NCBI GenBank assembly: GCA_035297365.1
Contig: DATGZA010000091.1
Span: 1-64,000, forward strand
Origin: Nitrososphaeraceae archaeon
GTDB lineage: Archaea; Thermoproteota; Nitrososphaeria; Nitrososphaerales; Nitrososphaeraceae
Reading direction: 5' to 3'
DNA: 64,000 nt
Positions 11,519 through 20,902 of this stretch are shown one piece after another. A program made the position numbers and the translations under genes. A model generated the notes under the pieces. That model saw only the letters and a list, made by a program, of their open reading frames with translations. It was not told the DNA's origin and did not search any database. Each line of letters opens with the position of its first letter. Position 1 is the first letter of the stretch.

Positions 11519-11740
11519 CTAATTAATCGTATTTTTTTTTGTAAATATAAATACAGATTCGCCATTAGTGTCATCATAACAATATTTGAACCTATATCCT
11601 CCACGTCTAATCAAACTTCCGACAGAATACGATAATATTGACTTATTTCTTAATACCAACAATGATCCATATGGCTTACTCTGAATTTCAGCATTGTATC
11701 CATTAGATAATATCTTTCCTAATAGGTCTATTGGTCTCAA
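11519..11740 (-). CDS. hypothetical protein
   Basis: 73 aa ORF co-oriented with its neighbours, filling the gap; no motif recognised. Confidence 0.35.
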   Translation of the reverse strand: MRPIDLLGKILSNGYNAEIQSKPYGSLLVLRNKSILSYSVGSLIRRGGYRFKYCYDDTNGESVFIFTKKNTIN

Positions 11741-11889
11741 TTATATACTCGGTACAAATAAAATAGAGAAAATGATAAAATGTTCTGTCTATTTATACAA
11801 GCTAATAGGTATAAACGATTTTAATGAATATTTTTGTTCTAATTATTGCAAACTTTCTAAAATTTTTTTAAAGAAAATACGAGATATTG

Positions 11890-12552
11890 TTATTCTGAAT
11901 TTAATATTACAACTTCGCAAACTTTGACGAGTTCCTTAAATTTATTTGCATCTTCCTCTGTTCCTACGATGGTCCCATAATGCATAGGAATAGCGACCTT
12001 CGAAGGTTTTATCTTGTTATTTATCGCCGTAGCTGCTTCTTCTGCTGTCATTACATATACTCCTGAGACTGGAACTAATGCAATATCAGGTTTAATCTCA
12101 TTCATCTCGGGAATTGCATCTGTATCTCCAGAGTGATATATCCTTGTGCCGTTAGTTGTGATTATAAAACCTACCTTTTTATCTTCTTTTGGATGATAAT
12201 TTTTATCTATGTTATATGCAGGCACAACCTCAATATCTATACCATCTTGCAGTATTTTTTGACCTGGTTCTACTTCTTTTATATTTTTGAATCCCTCTTG
12301 TTTTAATTTTTCTACACATTCTGATGCTGCAATAATTGATGTTTTTTCGTTAATGATTATACGTAGATCTTCTGGACTTAAATGATCGAAATGATTATGT
12401 GAAATTAAAATTAGATCTGCATCGTGTTCGTTATGTTTTTCCTTGAGTTTGTATGGATCAATATATACTATTTTGTCTTCATTATTTACTATTTTGTATC
12501 CGTCATGACCAAGCCAATATATATTAATATTATTAAATTCCATATTTTTCAA
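11890..12552 (-). CDS. MBL-fold metallo-hydrolase (UPF0173-like)
   Basis: WLGHDG, SHNHFDH, YHSGDT, IPMHYG. Confidence 0.9.
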   Translation of the reverse strand: MKNMEFNNINIYWLGHDGYKIVNNEDKIVYIDPYKLKEKHNEHDADLILISHNHFDHLSPEDLRIIINEKTSIIAASECVEKLKQEGFKNIKEVEPGQKILQDGIDIEVVPAYNIDKNYHPKEDKKVGFIITTNGTRIYHSGDTDAIPEMNEIKPDIALVPVSGVYVMTAEEAATAINNKIKPSKVAIPMHYGTIVGTEEDANKFKELVKVCEVVILNSE

Positions 12553-12584
12553 TATTTTATTTCAAATTTAAATTTGTCTATTGC

Positions 12585-12959
12585 TTAATTGTTCACTACT
12601 ATTATCTTGTTTTTTCTCAATGATATTACTAATGTGTTTTGAGAAATTAATCGTCTAATTAGATCCCTGTCGATAGTTGCGACAGCACATTTATTAAAAT
12701 AGGCATACTCTACTAAATTATCATCAATATGTTTGGTTCTTGATGTTTTTATCTTCTTAAATCTTTTAGAAATTTCTAATGCTAGTTTAGCGTCTCTTGA
12801 CCTTCGAGGATTAGAATTAACTAATTTCATTAATTCTTCAATTACTACATCAGGTATCAAGAAATTAATCTTACCAAAAATATTCTCAATATTTTCCAAT
12901 AATTTGGTTGGTTTTGTCACTAAGACTATAAAAAAACTTGTATCGCATATGACATCCAT
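12585..12959 (-). CDS. PIN-domain protein (archaeal Fcf1/Utp24-like)
   Basis: VICDTSF, IPDVVIEEL, IDD, VATIDRDL acidic PIN residues. Confidence 0.8.
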   Translation of the reverse strand: MDVICDTSFFIVLVTKPTKLLENIENIFGKINFLIPDVVIEELMKLVNSNPRRSRDAKLALEISKRFKKIKTSRTKHIDDNLVEYAYFNKCAVATIDRDLIRRLISQNTLVISLRKNKIIVVNN

Positions 12960-13026
12960 TATAATGGCTTATTTCTTGAAAAAAAATAAAAATTTTGGAA
13001 AATTATAATTTTTATTTTGTCGATAA

Positions 13027-13416
13027 TTATTTTTCGTATCCTATTCTATCTGCAAGTTTGACTACTTCTCTTCCCTTATTTGTTAAGGCGTTGTATATTC
13101 TTGGTTTGCCTCTGCCCCTTGATTTTTCTTTTTTGATTTTCCTATCAATTAATGCTAGATTTGTCGCCCTTTTCATAAGAGATTGTCCATACCCCCAGCT
13201 TCCCATTGTTATTAATAACTCTCTTGTGTGTAATTCTTTATTTGTCTTTAATACGCGAAGGAGTGGTATTAGCGGCCTTTCGTTAATCAGTATTTTTAGG
13301 ATGTCCAATTCTACTGTAATTGGTACCGATTTTACTGGTTTTACTTCCTTTGGTTTTACTTCCTTTGTTTCTTTCACAATTTCCTTTTTAGGTTTTGAAC
13401 CTTTTTTAGCTATCAT
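13027..13416 (-). CDS. putative winged-helix DNA-binding protein with Lys-rich N-terminus
   Basis: wing-like 'GRGKPRIYNALTNKGREV' after a helical segment. Confidence 0.55.
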   Translation of the reverse strand: MIAKKGSKPKKEIVKETKEVKPKEVKPVKSVPITVELDILKILINERPLIPLLRVLKTNKELHTRELLITMGSWGYGQSLMKRATNLALIDRKIKKEKSRGRGKPRIYNALTNKGREVVKLADRIGYEK

Positions 13417-14093
13417 TTTTCTACCGATGTGACGTTACAAAAGATAAATATTTAATCTTTTGTTTCTGTTATGATTTTTAATAGGAATATATTTAGAAAA
13501 AAGTTACAAAATGAAATATTAGAAACTTAAAATTTATATATGTCTCATTAGACGTAGTAAGGCTAATCAAATCCTGATTAGGCATTATATGATGACTTGA
13601 TTTAATAATGAATTTATTCAGTTTGGACGTTTTTTCATGCCTTTTTCAAAATATTCAGTAATTAAACATTTGTCTTTCAAAAATATCAAAATTAGTGACT
13701 CCATACACAACTGATTTGAATTAAATGATTTTTTGAGGAATTATATAACAATATTAGATGTTAAATCGGTTGTAAAAGTACAAAATGAATAAAAGAAGGG
13801 TTATTCAAATAAAAAATCTTTGTGAAGAAAACACTGTTATTGTTTTTAGAAAGTTTTTTAATATATCCTTTAGGGCAGGAAATATAGAATAGATATCAGG
13901 ATTTTTCTAATGCTGATAAAATAAAAATCATTAACCAGTTTGATTGTTGGTGTGTACATAAAAGGTTATAAAATTAGTTACATTGAATAAATAAGGACTA
14001 GGATCTCGTATACAAGTATAAATTATATTAATTACTTGTTTATATATATTTTTTATATTCCTGTAATGATATTGTTTTTATTGTTATTATAGG

Positions 14094-14231
14094 TCACCAA
14101 AAATTTCCTTTATCAGAGCAGGTCAATTCTGTACCACATTTGCTACATCTTAGATGGCAAGTTTGTAAATGGATCATTATATTCTCACATCTAGGACAAT
14201 ACACAGCCTCTTGAGGATATTTTTCTTCCAT
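14094..14231 (-). CDS. 45-aa zinc-finger microprotein (not in ORF track)
   Basis: hand translation: MEEKYPQEAVYCPRCENIMIHLQTCHLRCSKCGTELTCSDKGNFW*; CPxC and CxxCG plus two extra Cys; resembles HVO_2523-type small Zn fingers. Confidence 0.75.
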   Translation of the reverse strand: MEEKYPQEAVYCPRCENIMIHLQTCHLRCSKCGTELTCSDKGNFW

Positions 14232-14281
14232 AATAATCATCTATATTTTTTTGAATTTTAACCTTTTGCAAAGATTAATTA

Positions 14282-14707
14282 ATGATTATATTGGTTGACT
14301 TTTTATTGGTTAATTTCAAAGTAGTAGTATCTGATAAAAAGGGTAAGAGTGTATCCCATGAACTTAAAGATAAAGAGGCGCAACCATTTCTTGGTGGAAA
14401 AATAGGCGACTCATTTGATTCTACCACTATCGGCGTCTCTGGTGGAAAATTGAAAGTCACTGGAGGTAGTGACAAATCTGGGACTCCAATGCGCTCAGAT
14501 GTTCATGGAGGAGTAAAGAAATATGTATTGTTAACCAAGGGAGTAGGGATGAACGATTCTAGTGAGGGTAAAAGGATAAGAAAGCTTGTTCGGGGGAATA
14601 TGATCACTGAAGAAATATACCAATTAAACTGTATGTTAGAGGGTGTTAATCTAACACGACATGAGAATTCAGAGCAAAGTAATGAATCAAATAAACCGGA
14701 CACCTAG
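14282..14707 (+). CDS. rps6e: 30S ribosomal protein S6e
   Basis: FKVVVSD, LKVTGGSDKSGTPMRSDVHG, GKRIRKLVRGN; real start probably about 8 codons in. Confidence 0.95.
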   Translation: MIILVDFLLVNFKVVVSDKKGKSVSHELKDKEAQPFLGGKIGDSFDSTTIGVSGGKLKVTGGSDKSGTPMRSDVHGGVKKYVLLTKGVGMNDSSEGKRIRKLVRGNMITEEIYQLNCMLEGVNLTRHENSEQSNESNKPDT

Positions 14708-14779
14708 TATCTTTGTTTTTTAGATATCACTTTTGAAGAACATCAATTACCTTAATATCCCTCAATAAAATAAAAGACG

Positions 14780-16042
14780 ATGTTGCACTGGAAAGAAACT
14801 CTGCCTGACTGGTACATAAAAGATTATGGTTATCAACCTAATATTAACATAGGAACTTCAGGACATGTGGACCATGGAAAAACAACACTTATCGAAGCTA
14901 TAACTGGAGTTTGGACTAGTGCTCATAGTGAGGAATTGAGGCGAGGAATTACAATAAAAGTCGGATATGCCGATGCAGCTTTTTATAAATGTACAGACTG
15001 CCCAGCTCCAGAATGTTATTCTACACAACCAAAATGTAATAATTGTGGTAAAGAAAGCAATTTATTACGGGTGGTAAGTTTTGTGGATTCTCCAGGACAT
15101 GAAAGTTTGATGGCGAATATGTTATCCGGAGCGGGTTTGATGGACGGAGCTATCCTTGTAATCGCTGCCAATGAGTCTGTACCTAAACCTCAGACGAGAG
15201 AACATATGCTTGCTCTTCAAGTACTAGGAATTAAACAGATTGTAATTGTCCAGAATAAGGTCGATTTAACCGAAAAAGATAGCGCTTTGGAGAATTATGA
15301 CCAGATTAAAGATTTTGTTAGTAGTTCCGTTGCCAAAGATGCCCCTATAATTCCCATTTCTGCTCAACATAATGTCAATATCGATCTATTAATAGAATCA
15401 GTTGAAAATTACATCAAAACTCCAGAAAGAAATAAAGGTACTTTCCCAATAATGCATGTTTTAAGGTCATTTGACATAAATAAACCAGGACTTCGGATAG
15501 ATGAAATAAATGGTGGAGCAATTGGTGGTGCTTTGATCCAAGGAGAATTTAATATTGGAGACGATATAGAAATAAGGCCAGGATTATTAAATAGTAAAGG
15601 AAAATACCAGGTAATTTACTCTAAAATTTCTGGTCTAGGAACAGGTGCAGGATTGGTAGAAAATGTCAAACCTGGTGGGTTGGTATCAATTGGCACTACA
15701 TTAGATCCCTCTTTTGTAAAGAGTGATTCTCTGATAGGATCTGTTGTTGGCAAACCGGGAACACTTCCTGAAGATGTATATGATATATTTGTGGAAACAA
15801 ATCTTTTTGATACTGCTGTAGGGACTCAAGAATTGGTTAAAGTTGATCCAATAAAGAAGGGTGAACCTCTTAGAGTAAATATAGGTACATCTGCTACTAC
15901 CGCAATGGTGACTAATTCTAGAGATAAAAAAATAGAAATAAAATTAAAAAAACCAATTTGCCTTATACAGAACAGTCGTATAGCACTAAGCAGAAAGATT
16001 GGAGAAAGGTGGAGATTAATTGGAGCGGGTATTATAAAATAA
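14780..16042 (+). CDS. eif2g: translation initiation factor aIF2 subunit gamma
   Basis: GHVDHGKT, HSEELRRGITIKVGY, Zn ribbon, DSPGHE, NKVD, WRLIG. Confidence 0.97.
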   Translation: MLHWKETLPDWYIKDYGYQPNINIGTSGHVDHGKTTLIEAITGVWTSAHSEELRRGITIKVGYADAAFYKCTDCPAPECYSTQPKCNNCGKESNLLRVVSFVDSPGHESLMANMLSGAGLMDGAILVIAANESVPKPQTREHMLALQVLGIKQIVIVQNKVDLTEKDSALENYDQIKDFVSSSVAKDAPIIPISAQHNVNIDLLIESVENYIKTPERNKGTFPIMHVLRSFDINKPGLRIDEINGGAIGGALIQGEFNIGDDIEIRPGLLNSKGKYQVIYSKISGLGTGAGLVENVKPGGLVSIGTTLDPSFVKSDSLIGSVVGKPGTLPEDVYDIFVETNLFDTAVGTQELVKVDPIKKGEPLRVNIGTSATTAMVTNSRDKKIEIKLKKPICLIQNSRIALSRKIGERWRLIGAGIIK

Positions 16043-16057
16043 TTTATAAATTAATAA

Positions 16058-16333
16058 TCAACTAAATTTTTTCTTGTTAAAATTACCTTGGTAATCAAAC
16101 CCCATATTTAGTGCTCTGTTTTTCATTATTTCTAAGTATTCTTCGTAAGATATTTCTGACAAGCAGTTGGGACAGCTTACCATTGTCATATCGTCATTAA
16201 CTTGTGCACTCTTATTACATTTATGGCATTTTGCTTCCAACATTCGATAGGATAATAGATCACATCTCATCATAAAAAGTTTATTTAATGCTAAAAATGG
16301 CGAGTACATTCGCTTTCGTAATATTTCTTCCAA
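16058..16333 (-). CDS. small zinc-ribbon protein
   Basis: CHKC...CPNC; real start probably MLEAKC (about 16243). Confidence 0.65.
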   Translation of the reverse strand: MEEILRKRMYSPFLALNKLFMMRCDLLSYRMLEAKCHKCNKSAQVNDDMTMVSCPNCLSEISYEEYLEIMKNRALNMGFDYQGNFNKKKFS

Positions 16334-17079
16334 TCACCAATAAATCCCGAAAAAACTGACAAATGCACTTCTAATAGAAAGAACAAATAATACGATTATG
16401 GGAATATTTTTGGTATTTTAATAACATACAAATAGTGAACAGATACGATAAATAAGACTGAAAAAAATATGATTTTAGGAAATTGAGGAAATATTCAAAA
16501 TTTCATTTTAAATTGAAATTGTTCTTTTGTTTTAATAATATATAGTAAGCTGAAATATTTATTTTCCGCAATAATCTTTTTATTAATTTAATTTTAACCT
16601 GTTTTACTGATTTTTGATTCTAATTATTTAGTCGTATGTCATTAGGATTGTTAATCCATTACATTAAAAACTTAAATATTTTTAAAAGTAAACCAGAAGT
16701 ATTTTTGGTTTTACAATTTGTATATTCCAAGTTGACAAATTGCAGGATTGAAAATCTAAAACCCACATTAGATAAAATAAAGATTACCATAGCATAGCAT
16801 ATTATCGAAAATACAATCTGTTATATGATTATGTAACATATTTGAATTACAATAATACGACTCTCTCAGGAAAGCACCATCTTTATCTTTCTATTTTGAA
16901 GGATCCCTTCAAGCAGAGTATGACCATTATATTGTTAACGGTGGGTTAATTTGGGATAGGTTCTAAGTAATATTTGTTACCATTGGACTAAAATTGACCG
17001 AATTTGAGAAATCACAATATTTTAATACTAACAATTCCACGTCTAGAGTTTGGTGGTGCTATTGATCCTAAAATACTTG

Positions 17080-18195
17080 CTATATTACTCCTGCTTCCTG
17101 TAATTTTCTCGGTAAATAAACTTCTGCCAAGTATTTAAAACCGTGCTTAAAAAATGCGTCTAATTCGCATTTTTCCTTTCTCTTCAAAAAAATATTTAGT
17201 TGATTTTGCCACTGTTTTTCTTGTAACCATGGTTTTTTCTTCATATCATTAGCCCGATTGATGTCCTCTTGAGAAGCAGTTAATCTTGCTACCTCTGGAA
17301 TGTTATAGTCATATATATCAGAAAACATCATTCCAAGTACTTTAGCATTTGGAGTCACCAATCTATCACTATCATAACTTAAAGATTCGCTTCCTATCTT
17401 GTATCTCAAAGCTATGCCTAGGCCCCATGGATCTGCATCGGCAAAAACTACCACAGGTTTCTTCCATTTTTCACTAAGCATCCTGACCATCATCCTTGTT
17501 GCCCTATCTGGCTCCCCTGAACCTGTCATAAGAATGGCGTTATATTTCTGAATAAAACCCGATTTTCTTATGTTATTTAGTACAGTATCTTTTTCTACAA
17601 CCATTACAAAGTCTGCTTTAACATTAATTATTTCAACGTCAAGTATATTGGTTGGTATCAGCTGTGAGGTAGCCCTACTTCCTAAATTGCAATCTATAAT
17701 ATCTCCACCTACTCTCAAAGTTATTGGACCAGAGATCATTCCTTTTGGCTTGGAAGTCACAGAAAATTCTTCTCTAGGTATGCCTGTTATTAATTCAACT
17801 GCTTTGATGGCATTGTCTGAATCCTCCTGACCTTTCCAAAATTTTTCTTTATTTTTCTCATCACCAACCGTGCTCAAAGTTGCATAATACATTCCTCTAA
17901 TCGTACTTTCCATTTCTTCGTCGAGTAATCTTCTAACTGCATTTGCCATGACAAGATATTGTGCAAAAGTTGGGATCTTTTTAATACTGTTTGGACTCAC
18001 TACAACCTTCTTCTCTCCGATCGTAAGCATTCTCTTTTTTTCAGACCAAAAAGTATTATCATAACCTACCTTTGAAACTTCTAGTGATGGCATTTTGTTT
18101 TCGACCAGAACATCGTCTGAAACACTTTTCATTATTTGTTGTATTTTTTTTATTATCTCCTTGTGTCTTCTATTTCCTACTGGCAAAATTCTCAC
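17080..18195 (-). CDS. top6A: DNA topoisomerase VI subunit A
   Basis: TIRGMYY (catalytic Tyr), TOPRIM VEKD, DADPWG, GEPDRATR, KCELDA. Confidence 0.92.
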   Translation of the reverse strand: MRILPVGNRRHKEIIKKIQQIMKSVSDDVLVENKMPSLEVSKVGYDNTFWSEKKRMLTIGEKKVVVSPNSIKKIPTFAQYLVMANAVRRLLDEEMESTIRGMYYATLSTVGDEKNKEKFWKGQEDSDNAIKAVELITGIPREEFSVTSKPKGMISGPITLRVGGDIIDCNLGSRATSQLIPTNILDVEIINVKADFVMVVEKDTVLNNIRKSGFIQKYNAILMTGSGEPDRATRMMVRMLSEKWKKPVVVFADADPWGLGIALRYKIGSESLSYDSDRLVTPNAKVLGMMFSDIYDYNIPEVARLTASQEDINRANDMKKKPWLQEKQWQNQLNIFLKRKEKCELDAFFKHGFKYLAEVYLPRKLQEAGVI

Positions 18196-20159
18196 CTTAA
18201 ATTAAAATCGTGAAGTGTCATTTTTTGAGAATTTTTTTGTTTATTCATTTTAGTTTCAAAGGCTATTTTTTTACCTCCCTTTTCTTTTCTTACATCATTC
18301 TTCTTGTTCTCTATTTTAGATCTTTTGAACTTTTCTTTAGAACTTATATTTTTATTAGCATTCTTATGTTTATCTTTCAATTCATCATTTTTGTTTTTTT
18401 TGTTTTCTTTCGAGATTATTTCTCCATTCACGTGGCTTTCTGCAATATAATTAAACGCCTGGGTTAATTTCTCAATATCAATAGCTATCGAATCAGATAT
18501 CGCTTCAATTATCAGTGGAATATAAAATTTGTAGAGCTTTAATCTGTTTTCTGCATCCTTTATTTTCAGATCCCTACGGATTTGAGCACTAACTTTTCTA
18601 TAAAGATCGGAAAGGCAAAATTTCATGTATCTTTTCATATCGCCTTCTGATGCAATACTTTCTTTTCCTGCGCTTTTATAGGGAATTTTTGTAGAACAAA
18701 TATGGAAAAAAATATGAATTGGTAGGAATTCTACTGCTCTTTCTGACTTTGTATTATTTTGTTCGCTTCCAAAATGTTCTTTTGCTTCTTTTTTTGTTAT
18801 TCCCATTTTGTTAATTCCAACTTCTGATACTACCTCCCTAGCAACGTCTGATCCCTCATCATATAACAACGGTATCTTATTAGCAAATCTGTACAATTTG
18901 AAAGAACCTATATCGCCTCCATAAGCTATTCCACATTCGATAATAGTTGGTCTGTTGTTTATTACGGTAGAACGAGAAGAATATGAAGTGAGTGCAGGTT
19001 TTAGAATTGTTACTTTGAGGTTCTGCTGATTCATATGTCCATTTTGACCAGAATTTTGTTCCTTATTGTTAATTATAGAGTACTCAGATGTCATACCTGC
19101 TGTTAATATTTGTTCCCCGATGGGACTTAAATGCTCTGTGTTAGGAGATTGAAATTTTGTCTGTTTACATACATTGACTATTTTAATTAATTCTTGTTCT
19201 GAATATTGGTTTGATGGTTTATTATGTATCTCAGCAATATTTATTATTTCTTTTGCCTTCTCGTTAGATAGTTTTTGAAATGAGGTTGATAATACCCCTT
19301 GTATTGATGTTTTTTGATTCATAAAGTTAAAAATTGCTTTTTTTAAAGTCTGCAAATCCATATCCGCTGGATGAGGAAGAACCTCCTTAGCTGGCTCGGG
19401 CATTTTCTCGGTCCTTCTTTTAAATACTATTTTTCCTTCATGATTTTCAAATGTAATGTTCGCGTATGGATTTACTACGCTAGTTTGAGTAACGTAATCG
19501 TAGATCTTGTTCTTTGTAACCGGAGATAATCTAGCCCTTAGAGTTGCAAAAATATGAAATCCATGTTCTTTATTTATTATTGACTCCGAATCAGATACAA
19601 TCCTTTTGGCTAACACAACTGGTTTATTTGTAGATATATCAGTTCTAAGTTCATGATAGTATTCTATCCCCTCTTCAAACGCTTTTGACCATACCTGAAG
19701 TGGTCTGTCCGTATCTTTTGTAGAAAATGCAGCTATCATTTTCAGACCTACGCCAAATAATCCTCTCTGTTGTTTTTCCACATACTTTCCAGAAGTTAGG
19801 AAAGAACAAACAGCGACGGGAACTTTTTCTGCAGGTATCCCAATTCCATTATCGCTGCATGAAATGGACCACAAATCATTTATAGGGTCAATTTGTTTTA
19901 ATGATATCATTATCTCTGGTAGTATATGATTTGCTTCGCAAGAGTCTAGTGAATTTTCTATCAGTTCTCTTATTGCCATATAAAGAATACGTTCTCCAGT
20001 AAATCCAGCTAAAGCAGAATTATCCACGAAAAATTCAGATTCTGCTTTCCTGTGATATTTTACTTTAATTTTTTTAATATCATGATTATTATTAGATATT
20101 TTGCGAATTTTCTTGTCGTTATTTTGATATTCTAATTCTAATTTAGCAAGAGATTTCAA
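18192..20159 (-). CDS. top6B: DNA topoisomerase VI subunit B
   Basis: GHKL motifs RELIENSLD, DNGIGI, RGLFGVG; RFANKIPLLYD; KIPYKSAGKES transducer. Confidence 0.93.
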   Translation of the reverse strand: MKSLAKLELEYQNNDKKIRKISNNNHDIKKIKVKYHRKAESEFFVDNSALAGFTGERILYMAIRELIENSLDSCEANHILPEIMISLKQIDPINDLWSISCSDNGIGIPAEKVPVAVCSFLTSGKYVEKQQRGLFGVGLKMIAAFSTKDTDRPLQVWSKAFEEGIEYYHELRTDISTNKPVVLAKRIVSDSESIINKEHGFHIFATLRARLSPVTKNKIYDYVTQTSVVNPYANITFENHEGKIVFKRRTEKMPEPAKEVLPHPADMDLQTLKKAIFNFMNQKTSIQGVLSTSFQKLSNEKAKEIINIAEIHNKPSNQYSEQELIKIVNVCKQTKFQSPNTEHLSPIGEQILTAGMTSEYSIINNKEQNSGQNGHMNQQNLKVTILKPALTSYSSRSTVINNRPTIIECGIAYGGDIGSFKLYRFANKIPLLYDEGSDVAREVVSEVGINKMGITKKEAKEHFGSEQNNTKSERAVEFLPIHIFFHICSTKIPYKSAGKESIASEGDMKRYMKFCLSDLYRKVSAQIRRDLKIKDAENRLKLYKFYIPLIIEAISDSIAIDIEKLTQAFNYIAESHVNGEIISKENKKNKNDELKDKHKNANKNISSKEKFKRSKIENKKNDVRKEKGGKKIAFETKMNKQKNSQKMTLHDFNLR

Positions 20160-20229
20160 TAGATAAGGGTTTTATTTATTTGTTCAATTTATCTTTTAGG
20201 TTTTTAATAGTATTTCCGAAATTATGAAG

Positions 20230-20391
20230 CTAAACCTGTGATCCATATGGCGTCGTGGAATTCTTTAACTCTTTTAAAGTTTTGAAATTAACTTCAATTA
20301 AATATCTTGTTTTTCCCTTTTCGATAACAATGAAATCCGATCCCGTTCCCACTATTTCCGCACCTATGAGTTCTTTATTTTTAACTACCAA
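20230..20391 (-). CDS. 53-aa hypothetical microprotein (not in ORF track)
   Basis: TTG start preceded by GAGGT; MVVKNKELIGAEIVGTGSDFIVIEKGKTRYLIEVNFKTLKELKNSTTPYGSQV*; fills the gap between co-oriented genes. Confidence 0.5.
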   Translation of the reverse strand: MVVKNKELIGAEIVGTGSDFIVIEKGKTRYLIEVNFKTLKELKNSTTPYGSQV

Positions 20392-20403
20392 TCATGTAAC
20401 CTC

Positions 20404-20811
20404 TTATATTTGGTCTATATTATCCAAGTTCTTGACAGTGGCGATTATTTTCCAATAATCCTGTACTAAAAATGGATCTACGATTCCTTGAACAACAAAT
20501 TGCTTTCTATCTGACAGCGTGATATCCATTGCCACAGCACTATAAGGAATTTCAAATTTTTCAATTATTTCCTCTTCGCTTGTATCAAAAACCTTATTTA
20601 TACTCCTGTCATTGTTGTATTCAAATCCAATTACTTTTGTTATTTTTCTGTGACCAGAGCCTCCTCCTCTCCCTCCTGCAGAGCCTTTAGATTCATCGAC
20701 TATGAGAAGAAATAGTTTATTTTCGAAGTTTTCTGCCAAATTAATATCTCTATTTGATACCACTAGCTTCCTCTGTGGTCTGAATAAAATCTCTTCAAAT
20801 TCATTTATCAT
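20404..20811 (-). CDS. conserved hypothetical protein
   Basis: 135 aa with a Gly-rich loop (GSAGGRGGGSG) and FEIPYSAVAMDI; normal composition. Confidence 0.65.
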   Translation of the reverse strand: MINEFEEILFRPQRKLVVSNRDINLAENFENKLFLLIVDESKGSAGGRGGGSGHRKITKVIGFEYNNDRSINKVFDTSEEEIIEKFEIPYSAVAMDITLSDRKQFVVQGIVDPFLVQDYWKIIATVKNLDNIDQI

Positions 20812-20902
20812 TTCCTTTTAATGAGTTAACTTATTATTAATATTCTTGGCATCAATCAGAAATAAATTGAGAAGATAGTTTACATTTTTGGTTATTATCT
20901 CC

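Noticed and set aside
16896-16912. Palindrome TTGAAGG-ATC-CCTTCAA in the 16.3-17.1 kb gap
   Set aside because: A single 7-bp-arm inverted repeat is expected by chance at this scale; no supporting context.
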